From NCBI GenBank assembly GCA_036785375.1, contig JAWMAR010000079.1, positions 372,001-436,000 of the forward strand: a DNA stretch of 64,000 bases. The letters run 5' to 3'. Source of the stretch: Leucoraja ocellata (Eukaryota). How positions within the stretch are numbered: position 1 is the stretch's first letter; each line of letters begins with the position of its first letter. The position numbers and the translations under genes were made by a program. Positions 1-12,505 of the stretch are shown here, in pieces. The notes under the pieces are model-generated. The model saw only the letters and a program-made list of their open reading frames with translations, made no database searches and was not told where the DNA came from.

Positions 1-1289
1 GGATAGCCAAAAAGGTGGTGAATTAGTCACTGACTAGTAATGTGCCTTTCAACAGTTATATATAATCAGTATTCTAGGCTTCTGGACACTACTGCATTTA
101 TCTTAATCAAAAAATGTAAGGCATTTTAAACCAAAGTCCGGCACCGTGTCAGGCAAGTAAATATTAAGACAGGTGACTGAAAATTTGGTCAGTGGACTCT
201 TGAGAAGGAAGCAATGAGGGAATTAAGAGCCAATGGCCTTGGCTACCAATAGCTGGGGCAGTTAAAATCCAGGATGATCTAGAGGCAATAATTGTAGTAG
301 TACAAAAATCCCAGAAGGTTGTTGGACTGGAAAAAATCGCAGTGGTAGGGTGAAGCCAGAGAGGAATTCAAAATTGATAAGAATGTTAAAATTGAGATGT
401 TGTCAGATCATGCTGCCTGCATTAAGTTACCTCTCTCCAATGCCATCTTTACTATGACTTGATTTTCTAATTTGGTCTTGCATTAACGTCTTGTTTTCTT
501 GCACCATATGTATAATTCATGTTTTTGTTTGTGTGCTGTGGCAGCAAGCAAGATTTTCATTTTACCTCACCTTATTTGTGCATATGACAATGAACAACAC
601 TCAACTTGCCTTGATCGGAAGCTAGAGGAAGCCAGTGAATGAAGTGTGAATAGGGCAGTGTGAAAGGGACGTGCAGCTGAGCTCAGACCGGTGGAGGTGG
701 GAGGAAGTCAGCAGTTATGGGGCCAGAAGATTATGCTGACATGGGTGTGAGTACCCACAGTGAAAGGGCTAAGCCATGGGAAGACAAGAGCTGGCAAATT
801 AAATGGTAGAATATACAGATTCTCCTGCACTTTGAAGGAAGATCATTGTCCTTCATTCTCAGCAGATGTCAGGCTTCCAAGCCCCATGGAACATATCACA
901 GAGAATCGCAGCAATTGAACAACCAAGCAAGAGACCAGTAACTGTCAGCCCTTTGGAAAGGACAGTTCCGTGTTCTGCAAACTTCCCCCCCTTGTTATTT
1001 ATCCAATTCCTTTTGGAAATGCCCTGTTAAATCTGCTTCTATCATCCTTTAAGGCGTAGCATTCCAGTTCACAAGAATGTGCGCATAAAACAAATTCTGC
1101 TCATCATCTCCCTGGTATTTTTGCCATTCTGTCCTGACTACGGACCCACACCATGGGCTTGACTTTTAATCACCATCTGAAATCACCCAGCAAGCCACTC
1201 GGGTGCATCGTAATCACCACACTGAAGCAGAGAAAGAATAAAACCAGACCAACATTGGTCAACATTGAATCAGGCACTGAGTTTGGACA

Positions 1290-1935
1290 CAGCCAAGTTG
1301 ACTTTACAAACATCTGGGGACTAGCATGTAAATTGGGGGAGTTGCTTCACAGTCTAGTTAAGCAACAGTCTGACTTGGTTGTACTGAAGGAATCATCTTT
1401 ATGTAAAATGGTGTTGTCAACTAAACTGTTAAGTGTTACCTGCTCACTGATGGAAGAAACTCTTGGGTCCAGACGTCATCACAGCCTTGGTCCAAATGCA
1501 GACCAAAGAGCTGAGTTCCAGAGATGGTGGATGAGTGACAACTTTAGATATCGAGGCAGCAATTAATTGAGTGTGGCTCTCTGACCCCTGATAAAATCGG
1601 TTAATGAACAACAAGGGGAAAGCACTTCAATTCTTGGAATAATTTCTTGCACAAAAAGGTTAGCTGTGGTGTCGGATATCAATCATCCTATCCCCAGGAG
1701 ATCTCCGCCATTTACAACCTTCCTTCCCTCGTAAGATCACAAGTAGAGATTCAATTCAGGAGTGTGGTGGTATACTCTTAACTTGCTGAGATGAGTGTAG
1801 CTCCACAACTCTGAAGAAACTCTTCAGAGCAAAGCAGCCCATTTGATTGGCATCCCATCCAGCACCATAACTATTTATTCCCTCCTCTGCACACTGGCTG
1901 CAATTCTATCATCTGCAAAATGCACCTTGGGTACT
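1290..1935 (+). mobile_element. Ancient, internally deleted CR1-like LINE remnant
   Basis: FTNIWGLACKLGELLHSLVKQQSDLVVLKES resembles the APE endonuclease N-terminus (NxxGL...DxxxLxE); RT C-terminal-like remnants follow. Confidence 0.5.
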
Positions 1936-2227
1936 CTTACAGCACCTCTCAAACCACGATCTCTACTGTCAAGAAGGTGAAATGTAGCAGATGCAGGTTC
2001 CTCTCCAAATTGCACACCATCCTGATTTGGAAATATCCTTCAATCCATCATTGTCTCTGGGTCTAAACCCCACTGCACCATGGGGCTACCTTCACAAAGG
2101 CAATTAGTTGTTGTGGCCAATAAATGCTGGCAGTGATGCCCATACCCAAATAAAATCTTCAATCCGTTGACCCTCCTGCCAGGAGGAACCTTTTTTTCTC
2201 TGAGCAAACCCTTCTTGATATTGAACA

Positions 2228-2443
2228 GAGATAGACAAAAAAGCTGGAGAAACTCAGCAGGTGAGGCAGCATCTATGGAGTGAAGGAATAGGCGACGTTT
2301 TGGGTCGAGACCCTTCTTCAGACTTCTTTAGTCCGAAACGTCGCCTATTCCTTCGCTCCATAGATGCTGCCTCACCCGCTGAGTTACTCCAGTGTTTTTG
2401 TCTACCTTCGATTTGTCCAGCATCTGCAGTTCCTTCTTAAACA
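2228..2443 (+). mobile_element. Palindromic Penelope-like (pLTR-derived) non-autonomous element, copy A
   Basis: Inverted arms, tail ending ...CTTCTTAAACA, 12-bp TSD TGATATTGAACA (2216-2227 / 2444-2455); minus-strand hammerhead core at 2291-2324 with G12->A. Confidence 0.8.
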
Positions 2444-3525
2444 TGATATTGAACACATCTTTCCCAAACCTTCTTTGCTCTGAAGATAATCCCAGCTTCT
2501 CCAGTCTCTACACTGAGCTGAGGTTCGTCACTTCCTCAACCAAACTGGTAAAGCCTCTGCATTTCCCCCTTCCAAGGTCTTAACACCCATCCACTAAAAA
2601 TGCAGTGTCAGGGTTAGGTATATTAGTCTAGTTCGGGTCAAAGCACGGTTAATGTGGTTGTGTACTGTTCTCTTATGTTTGTACTCTGTGCCTCTACAAA
2701 TAAACCCGTGGATCATTGTTATGTAGACTCCTTAAATCTGTCCTTCAAAGAGTATGTAGACACACTGTATGGTATTTCTGTTTTCTGCATGCACTGCCAT
2801 CATTTCACACTTGTCTGTGCTAAATTTCAATGTCTGTTAGTCTGCTCATTTCTCCAGTCTGCCTTAGACCTCCTGAAGTTTGTTACGTTCTTCATTACCA
2901 TTCATTATATTTCCTTTCATTGCACTGCAAACATTTAAATATTGCGCTGTGTATCCAAGCCAGATCACAATCAGCAACCAGCAAATGCTGTGGTCCAAAT
3001 TGCAACCACACAGTCATCTTCCCTTGGTCTGAGAAACAACCGCTATTCACTGCTTCATGCAGCAAAACTTCATCCGATTTATGAAGAATTACAGTAGCTT
3101 TGCATGATAGAGCTTTTAAAAACACAAAGACTGAACATTTTGTGTAACTGTCAGTTCAAATCTGTGGTAATTACAGAGTACGGAAATCTCGCTGCCCTTG
3201 TTTCTCCGCCCTCTCTCTCTACCAATCTTTATATAGACCCAGGCGAGCTTCTTCTGCCAAACATGCACATATATGGCAAGTGTACAGTTTTACAATCAGA
3301 GTCACACCATTCGATAGTAGGAGTATCCAGAATATTGTCTCCCAGAATCAACTCCAACGTCACAGTGGGGACTACATTTCAAAAGCTTTTTGGAACATCC
3401 TGAAGCAATGTGACAGGTGCCATAAAAATATATTTTTAACACCTTTACCAAAGATCTGGAAATATTCCGGATTCAGGTCAATGTACGGTTTGTGCAGAAT
3501 GAAGGAGTCTGGAGCAAAGGCAAGT

Positions 3526-3753
3526 CAAGATCAAGGTCAAGAGAGTTTATTGTCTTGTGTTCCTGATAGGACAATGAAATTCTTGCTTTGCTTCAGCACA
3601 CCAGAACATAGTAGGCATGAATACAGAACAGATCAGTGTGTCCATATACCATTATATAAATATATACACACATGAATAAATAAACTGATAAAGTGCAAAT
3701 AAACAGATAATGGGCTATTAATATTCAGAGTTTTGTCCGAGCCGAGTTTAATA
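3526..3753 (-). mobile_element. Rex1/Babar LINE 3' end fragment
   Basis: Near-identical to 52371-52560, which is contiguous with a Rex1-type ORF. Confidence 0.75.
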
Positions 3754-6700
3754 GCAAGTGAGTTTGATTCCAAGTGAATGGAAGGAGGAATTCAACTGTA
3801 TTAGATAGATTGGCAGAACAGGATCAAGGGTCTGAGTGACCTCCTGTTGCCCATGAATACATATTTTGATTAGTTTACAGTGCCTTTGCTGAGGAATGAA
3901 ATGTTTGGAAACACCATCTGCTTCCTCATCATAGGTAGCATGGACTGGATTCAGAATACGTCTGTCCTATTCCCTTGACAGCTTAGAACACAGGCCCATT
4001 CACAGCTTCTCCAGATTCAATTATACTGGCAATAGAAAATCAACTAACTTGATCTGGTGCCACCTAACTTTGCACTGATTGATCTTATTTCCTGGAAAAT
4101 GACCAAATGGAGAAAGGGTAACGTTATAAAACATTAGGCATTAAGTATATAAAATCCCAGCTAAAGGATTCCGCTACACCTTATCGTGTCTTTAGATCCT
4201 TGTAATTAAAACTAAAGGTTTCTCTCTTCTGGGCTGCATGATGATCCAATTTATATTCAATGACCGTATATGCAAATGGTCCTGAATCCATCACAGAAAG
4301 CTGAATTTTTGCTGCACCCACAGCATGGCTGGCCACTGGAAATTACCCCTCGTGTGTAGGTGAGCAGTAGAATTTGGAAGAGCTGATGAGAACGTGGGCA
4401 GAATTAAAAAAGGATTGATGTAGAATGTGTGTAACTGGGTTGGTGGACAGCACAGACTGGCTGGGGCAAAGGATTTGTGTGTAAAATAAAAGCAGAAAAT
4501 ATTGGTAAAATACTCAGCTTATCTGGTCACATCTATGGGAAGAGAAACAAAGCTAACATTTAAGGTCTGCAATGAAAGGTGCTGAACGGTCTTTGATCTG
4601 AAACATGAACTCGGTTTCTGACCCGCTGTGAATTTCCAGCAACAGAATCACTCTAACCTTGCTTTCAATAAATGGCTGCAGTCAACTTGTGCGATCTCTG
4701 ACCCCAACACTGGGAACTGTGATGTCCCCAGTATCAAGCCCCCCCCCCCCCGCTCCCATACCACCCATCAATGCCAGTAAATGTGCAATGTTATGACTAG
4801 CATCTGCTCAATATACTGTGGTTCTCCTCATTTCCATGGGCCCAGATTTCCGAAGTGGAATAGAATGCACACATAATACTGCAGGGCTGGAGATCCAGCT
4901 TTTAGGCAGCTGTATTAGGGTTTCCATAAAGCTCCCAATAAATCAGTTATTAATAAGTCCAATGGAAAACTCAGGAGAAATATATTTGGTCAGAAAGTGG
5001 TGCCATGGTTCCACCTTGCAAGTGCAACTCACTCGCAAAGAAAGTGGTTGAGGCAAGTAGCAGAAATGTGTTACGGCAGAAGTTTAATAGAAAGAATGAG
5101 AAGGCCTACTGATGGTGGTGTGAGGTGGGAGCAGTATGCTGTGCAGCATTGGCACTGCACGCTGCACTATAAATTCCATGGGAAGACATCCAGTGCCATG
5201 GAGCCACGTGCAAGTGGAATGACTGTGCAGGGTCAGGAGGAGGGGAATCGGCAACTGATGGATTACATGCTCGGTGACAATAGAGCAAGGAGTCTGTCGC
5301 CTCCTCAGGATACTCTAAGACTATTCCTGACATTAAGTCCTCCTGAAATATAGTCATTGTTGTTCTGTTGACACACAGTAACCGGACTGTACACAGTAAG
5401 TTGACACAGATATCATGCCCCAATAATCCAAATGATGAAATAGAAGTCAATATTGTCCAGACTCCAGAGGGAACTCCCTACTTTAAAAAAAAAGTCCACC
5501 TACACAGTGAAAGAGGTCCTCAGATCATCTCAGCTGAAAGACAGCACCTCGCTGGTACTATCTGCATTAGATTAGGTTGCCTAGTTCCAGAGCGTGATCT
5601 CCCACACCTCCCGCCCCTCCCCCCTCAACTCAGCAGACAGACTGCTAACCAAAGAGCCCGACTGATGCAAAAATCTTCCAGTCGCATTAGTATTGAATTG
5701 TGAACAATCTGTTGCTCTGACCTAACAAACCATGAACAAATATGGGATTAGATATGCCAAAATGATTACATGTAGATTTAGTGATAGCCTGCGCATGGGA
5801 AACGACTTACAATGGACTTCAGTCCAGCAGGTTTGGTTGAAAAGTATCAAAGGAGTACATCAGTGGAAATGTACCAGTATCATCTGATTTCTAAAGATGG
5901 TCTCTCCTGATATTATTCACTTACAAGGAGCCAGAAGAATACACTCCAGTACATAAAAGTACATTTAGGAAATCTTTAATTGGTTACCAGGGAAACCATA
6001 TTCAGTACTATAATTAACTAGAACATCTTGTAACTGAAATAAATAAATTGTTTTTAATCAACTCACTCATTAATATTTTCTCCATGACAGTAAATAGCAC
6101 CCATAGTTCAGTATTTGTTAGAACTATTTGAAATGTAGACACATTCCTCTCTTTTCATGAAACAGTGGCTACTATTATCGAGTGTTGAATATAGGCTGAT
6201 GTCAAACTTCAGCTCAGCACAATTGGTGAGGAATGTGTCTAAATTACAGCTGGTCCACGTCAGGATCCGCTCACTGACTGCAGAGGAAAGTAACGGAGAA
6301 AGTGCAGGTCGCAAGACAATTAATGTTCCCTCACATTTCTCCCTCCCTCTCTCTCACACACACACAGAGACACAATTCAAACTTAATAGGTAAAAACCAC
6401 ACCTGTGCTGCCAACAAGCAATCCTACAGGAAGCCAAGTGCTTAAATATAATTATACCGATAAAACAGTAAGCTTGATGGATAAAATGCACCAGCTTTAG
6501 ATCCTAATCTGTGAGGCAAGATCATTTATGAGAAAGCTGTTGCATTGGGAATAATCCATTTTCTATTAATGTCCATCTGATTCCTGCTCTTGATATAAAA
6601 TGGAAGGACCAGAGGGACACCGATTTGTGTGCACGCTAATGGCAGTGTGAGGAAGGAGGTTCGCTGTGATGAATGTTGCTCATTATTGCTGAAGTGATAT

Positions 6701-7000
6701 AGTTTAAGAACTACATTTCCAACTGCAGATGTAATTGAAGGAAGTTACGTTTAGCATCTTTCCCATCTCAGAAAAGGCCACAGTACGTTCTGTCTGTGAC
6801 CTGGTGCAGTCACTCTGGTAATGTAGAAACACAGCATTTTATTTGTGTATATCAAGCCCTCATAAACAGCACTGTGTTTATGACCAGGTTATGTGATGCG
6901 AGTGATGTTAGTTGAGGGGTAAGTACAGGATTAGGACAGGGAAGAGACCTGAAACTACATCTTTCTGACTCCAAATGAACTGGCAATACATTTTGAACAA

Positions 7001-7218
7001 TGTTTAAGAGGGAACTGCAGATGCTGGAGAATCGAAGGTTACACAAAAAAGCTGGAGAAACTCAGCGGGTGCAGCAGCATCTATGGAGCGAAGGAAATAG
7101 GCAACGTTTCGGGCCGAAACCCTTCGTCTGAAGAAGGGTTTCGGCCCGAAACGTTGCCTATTTCCTTCGCTCCATAGATGCTGCTGCACCCGCTGAGTTT
7201 CTCCAGTTTTTTTGTGTA
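7001..7218 (-). mobile_element. Palindromic Penelope-like element, copy B
   Basis: Near-perfect ~85-bp inverted arms, tail TGTTTAAG... at left, TSD ACATTTTGAACAA (6988-7000 / 7219-7231). Confidence 0.85.
7128..7155 (+). ncRNA. Minimal type-I hammerhead ribozyme motif (PLE type) in copy B
   Basis: CTGAAGA-A-GGGT(TTCG)GCCC-GAA-ACGT-T: intact catalytic core and stem II, palindromic ACGT in place of stem III; stem I weak. Confidence 0.6.
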
Positions 7219-8079
7219 ACATTTTGAACAATGCCTGGCTCCAAATGGCCTTTGTTGCTTCAAGCAGATTGACTTACACTGCAGCATCACAATTGCTGGT
7301 TTACAATTTTTAGTAAGAGAACTAACTATTAACCAGGTCCTGTGGTTAGTCGATGGCTTACTGTTGTACTTGTACATAACATCCCTCACTCCTTCCCTGC
7401 TCGAGAAACTCAATGGGCGTGCAATAGCAATAGTAAAAATTACTGTTCATATATATCAAATATGGGGTTCCAATTAGTTCACCTTCTCTCATCCATGTGA
7501 TACAATGATGATAGAGTTGTTAATTAATCTCTGTCAACAAGTCTATAACAGTCCCTATGGTAAAGAGACGAGAAAAATGATGTCTGCCGAATTTGCAAAG
7601 AGTGTTAAAGATCTAAAGCTCACTCAGTACGGGTTCTGAGTCTCACATCGCGGGAGATGGTGAACCCTTGGTTTGCGTGGGCATTACAGGTACCATGCTG
7701 TGTCTGTACAGAGGCAGTGCCCTCTTTGAATCTTACACTCAATTGGGGTTGTAAGATCTGATAACTCCCGGGGTACATGACAGCGCTGCTTGTTGTTGGG
7801 TGATGTCATCAACCACACGCTGGATAATTTTAAACTCTGTCTCCAGACTCAGTAAACAAGTCAATAAAGTGCATTGTGCCAATTGCTGAAGTGATGCGGT
7901 GCTTAGCGCAAAATGTTACAGAAATTGCTTGCATAAATTTCTCAACTGGTTTAAATATGTTTGCTATGAGCATAATGATACCATAGGTTCCACGGCAAAT
8001 CTCATCCTAAATCCACAGACTCTACATAAATTATAGAAAACATACCAAGACAAACATTGACTGCTGCTGAAAGATCATC

Positions 8080-9162
8080 CAAGGAGAGATAGTTGAATGG
8101 AAAGAAAATTAGCTTCATGGAAGGAAGCAGAGAGTGATGGTGGAAGCTTGCATCTCAGACCGGAAGCCTGTGACTAGTGGTGTGCCTCAGGGTTTGGTGG
8201 TGGGCCCGTTACTGTTTGTCATCTATATCAATGGTCTGGATCATTGATGAGAACATACACGGCAAGATTGGCAAGTCTGCAGATGATACAAAAGTGGGTG
8301 GTTTTGCAGATAGTGAAGATTAGTTGTGAAAAATTGCTGCAAGATCTTGATCGATTAGCCAGGTGGGCTGAGGAATGGTTGATAAAATGTAATGCAGAGA
8401 AATGTGAGGTGTTGCAATTTGGGAATTCTAACATGGGCAGAACCTACACAGTGAATGATAGGGCTCTGGGTAGTGTTGTAGAACAGAGGGATATAGGAAT
8501 GCAGGTGCATGAGGTGGAGCCGCAGGTAGATTGGGTGGTCACAAAGGCTTTTGGCACATTGGCCTTCATCAGCTAGAGTATTGAGTATAGAAGTTGGGAA
8601 GCAGCATTTAGAGTATTGTGTTCAGTTCTGGGCACTGTGTTATAGGAAAGATGTTGTCAAGGTGCAAAGGGTGCAGAGAAGATTTATGAGGATGTTGCCA
8701 GGACGAGGGTCTGAGCTATAGACAGAGGTTGAGTAGGCCTGGGACTCTATTCCTTGGAGCGCAGAAGGGGGAGAGGTGATCTTATACAGGTGTATAAGAT
8801 CTAGATGAATAGATCGGGTAGAAGCACAGTCTCGTGACCAGAGTAGGTGACTCGAGAAACAGAAGACATGGGTTTAAGGTGAAGGGAAAAAGATTTAATA
8901 GGAATCTGAGGGGTAACTTTTTCACACAAAGGGTGGCGGATGTATGGAACAAACTGCCAGAGGAGGTGGTTGAGGCAGGGACGATCCCATCATTTAAGAA
9001 ACAGATAGACAGGTACATGGATAGGACGGGTTTTGAGGGATATGGATCAAGTGTGAGCAGGTGGGACTAGTGTAGCTGGGACATGTTGGCCAGTGCGGGC
9101 AAGTTGGGCTGAAGGGTTTGTTTCCACACTGTATCATTCTATGACTCTATGAATCTATGACT
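8080..9162 (+). mobile_element. CR1-clade LINE 3' fragment (RT, frameshifted)
   Basis: GVPQG region, LQDLDRLARWAEEWLIKCNAEKCEVLQFG, RGNFFTQRVADVWNKLP; (ATGACTCT)n-like tail. Confidence 0.9.
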
Positions 9163-9834
9163 AAAAGCAGGGATGTCTCCCAAGATCAGTTATCTGCTAT
9201 TAACCTGTTCTGCAATTGTTTGAGATCTCCACACTACTCTTATTATAGACTCCCATTCATTCCTGAATTTAATCATTCTGCCAATGCTGGTGTTGCTTAT
9301 CTTGCGACTTTGTTATCCTGAGCTCTGAAATTCTCTTCCTTGATTCTTTCACCTCTGGACTTCTGTAAGGTGAAAGCCTATCTCATCACATCATAAATCA
9401 TCAAATTTCTAAATTTCTCCATATGTGGGTCCGTCAGATAATGCTCATCAGAAGTGTTTGGGCATTTTCCTTGTGTTGTACAAATGTCTGGTGTTGTTGT
9501 TACTGACCAGTAGCCCAACAACCAGAGAGTGACATTGCCATTAGTGATGCACCAAAACTTCAGCTGATGACTAGTCCATCCACTAACTCCTGTGGAAGAA
9601 GCAAGTTCTCCAATTGACATCCCTGACATTACCAAAGGACAATTTAACATGTGGTACAAGAGATAGCAACAGAGTGGAGGTATAGACTGACCTCTGCTCC
9701 CATTCTCTATCTACCTTAGTAAAGTAACATCAAATATTTGCGTTAGCAGTGCGTTAAAACCAATGATACCTTTTTTTCCTCTTTTAATCCTGGTTGTAGT
9801 ATAATATTCCACAAGAATGCAAATAGATAATAGC

Positions 9835-10370
9835 TGGAGTAGGCCATCAGGCCTTTCAAGCCTGCCCCTCTACCTGATATAATCATGGCTGATCTGCCCT
9901 GGTTTCAAAACCTTTTTAGTGCCAGTGCCCCATAGCCTTCAATTCCTTGATCCTTAAAAAAACTATCTACCTTCAAAACTCTAAGCTCCGCGACTCTCTA
10001 CTTGCGAATTCCAGACATTCGCCACTCTCTGAGACAAAAATCCCTGCACATCTCAGACATATATCATACAGCTTTAATCAATTCATCAAGACTTTCCCTC
10101 TGGCATCTACCCCTTAGGATCTTAAATGTTCCAATGAAATTACCTCTCATTCTTCTAATTTCCAAGGAATAATTTTATGATTAGAAAACTCTCTGATGTG
10201 AATCTCTTCTAGACCACCTCCAATGCTGGAATATTATTTCTTTGCATAAGGGGATCAAAACTCTCGTCAGGATTATCAGTGCAGCCTCGCCAATATCTTG
10301 TACAATTGTAAGAATATTTTTCTATTTTTAATTTCTAAATCTTTAGCAAAAAAAGGCTAATGTCTGATTT
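9835..10370 (-). mobile_element. Degenerate CR1 LINE 3' fragment
   Basis: ggagtaggccatcaggcc...aatcatggctgatc 3' end motif and decayed RT C-terminus. Confidence 0.55.
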
Positions 10371-10638
10371 TAGATTAACTCTTCTTTCCATCCTCTGACA
10401 TGCACCCAGTAAAATTCCCACTATTATCCCCATCAATTAGGCCATTGTCTACCAAAAGGATTATCTAATAGCTAATACAGTTCAATCCCCAGTGCAAACA
10501 TTGTGCATCACGCTTTCTCATACATATCTTAATCTAGCTTTTTCCAATTAAGGCTATTTACCGAATGGTGTTTGTTCAGTTAATCAGTACAGGACTAATC
10601 TTCCTTTGCAGTGAATGGTTAAATTCATACAATGCCAA

Positions 10639-10664
10639 CTCTCTCTCTCTCTCTCTCCCTCTCT
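10639..10664. repeat. (CT)n microsatellite
   Basis: ctctctctctctctctctccctctct. Confidence 0.9.
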
Positions 10665-11410
10665 ATTTGGCTTTATATGATACTACGTTTGTGTGGGAGG
10701 GTCCTGCAGTACTGTGTATGCTTGGTATCTGATTATTACAGTGTGATGTTTCATGTCTAAAATTCTGTAGGTGTTATCCTTCTGTGACAGGGATGAGTCT
10801 TATTGAAGATTGAGGGCTGGGACGTGGAACCCTTACTCCATTCACTCCATTAGACGGGAAGAGAACCAGTTAAGAGGAGACTGGCGTTTCGTGAATATTT
10901 AGGCACCAGTAACCATTGAAACGGCTGTTTAACAATTCCTGCATGAATACTCCATTTCCCTGAGCAATGCCCTTTAAAGTTTTAATACCAATTGGTAAAG
11001 AATTATGAGCAAAACACAGTGCTGGAGGAACTCAGTGGGTCAGGCAACATCTCATATCTGGATTGGAAAAGTTACATCTATTTCAAATACTTACCTCTCA
11101 GTGGAGGCAACCTCCACATCCCCTTTTGAGAGGCTCCAAAACAGTAAAGAGCAACAAAACAGGTTTTTAATTATGTATTTACGGTTGCAGTGTGGGAAAC
11201 CAAATAGCTAATTCGACCATCCCAAGCTCTTCTGCATAATAGTCAAATAATCTGCTGATTCTTCCTAAACTAAGTGAGGGATCATTTTTGGCCAGGGCAA
11301 TAAATCTAATTTACCAGCTCTTCCAAGTAGTACCATGGAATTGTTTTCCAACTGCGAAGAGATAGAGCCCTGCTTTAAAGCTCCATCCAGAGAACTGCGC
11401 ATTCTAGAGT

Positions 11411-11511
11411 TGTTTAAGAAGGAACTGCAGATGCTGGAAAATCAAAGGTGGACAAAAATGCTGGAGAAACTCAGCGGGTGAGGCAGCATCTATGGAGCGA
11501 AGATCCAAGCT
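11411..11511 (-). mobile_element. Truncated single-arm copy C of the Penelope-like family
   Basis: Same fixed TGTTTAAGAAGGAACTGCAG terminus; 16-bp TSD CTGCGC(A/G)TTCTAGAGT (11395-11410 / 11512-11527). Confidence 0.8.
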
Positions 11512-12153
11512 CTGCGCGTTCTAGAGTGATGCATCCCCTCATTGATCAACCGTGCGGTGGTCCTTCAATACTTTCTCTCCACACTTCGGCACTCCCTCTG
11601 TTCAGCTCCTCCAGGAAAAACAGTACCCCTCAGCCCAGGCCCTCCAACAGTGCCGTGTACCCTCAGTCAGGTCTCACCGACAGTGTGGGACATACTCAAA
11701 ATTGCCCCACATACAGTGCAGGACACCCTTAAAGCTTCCTGGCTTTCGATGATCATTTATAGTGAAACTTTACCTCTTTGAGTGCTTCTTATGATTTGCT
11801 GTGGACTTGGTTTTCTCTTCTTTGATTGTTACTGTGATGATTATATTCAGATGTTGCTAATTTTTAATTTCTATAATATCCAAACAAAATGCAGAGGAAA
11901 TAACAAAACTGTGTACTTGTGTTTTTATGGCGCTGAGCATTGTATGGTCATTTATTAATTATAAAATATCTGGTGAAGAAGTTGGGGAGGAGGGGATATA
12001 TGGAGGAGTCAGCATTCCATGGTCACAGAATGAAGGGCCTCCTGGCTTTTCAATTGGCAATGGGAGGATGGGATTTGGTGATAATGACGAAAGCATTGGG
12101 GTGATTGGCCGTGGGCAGTAATGTGATGAAACATCCTTGAGTACATTCTATTT

Positions 12154-12346
12154 CCAGTTCATTGGCTATATTTAAGAGGGAGTTAGATGTGGCCCTTGTA
12201 GCTAAGGGGATCAGGGGGTATGGAGAGAAGGCAGGTACGGGATACTGAGTTGGATGATCAGCCATGATCATATTGAATGGCGGTGCAGGCTCGAAGGGCC
12301 GAATGGCCTACTCCTGCACCTAATTTCTATGTTTCTATGTTTCTAT
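12154..12346 (+). mobile_element. Young CR1 LINE 3' end, 52 nt upstream of RASGRF1 exon 2
   Basis: Near-identical to the 37106 element in opposite orientation; (TTTCTATG)n tail. Confidence 0.9.
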
Positions 12347-12398
12347 CTGAGTGTTTGCTCTGAGATGATTGAGATGGTTTATCCTTTGCTTCCCGCAG

Positions 12399-12505
12399 TA
12401 TTACTTCACCATAAACTTTGGCCATGATGCTCAGAAAGCCCTGGAGCTGAGGACGGAGGACATGAAGGATGGTGATGACTGGGTGACAGCAATCAGCCAT
12501 GCAAG
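12399..12505 (+). CDS. RASGRF1: RASGRF1 exon 2 (end of PH1)
   Basis: cag|TATTAC...GCAAG|gtagg; [36 protein letters not shown]; 107 nt. Confidence 0.95.

Noticed and set aside
2228-2443. Palindromes as classical DNA-transposon MITEs or pre-miRNA genes
   Set aside because: Asymmetric ends, variable-length TSDs, single-arm truncated copies and the hammerhead core fit a Penelope-like retro-origin better.
1-12398. RASGRF1 exon 1 or an alternative first coding exon (e.g. acceptor-like site at 10770)
   Set aside because: No PH1 N-terminal coding sequence found, and the frame opening at 10771 stops after 11 codons; exon 1 must lie upstream.
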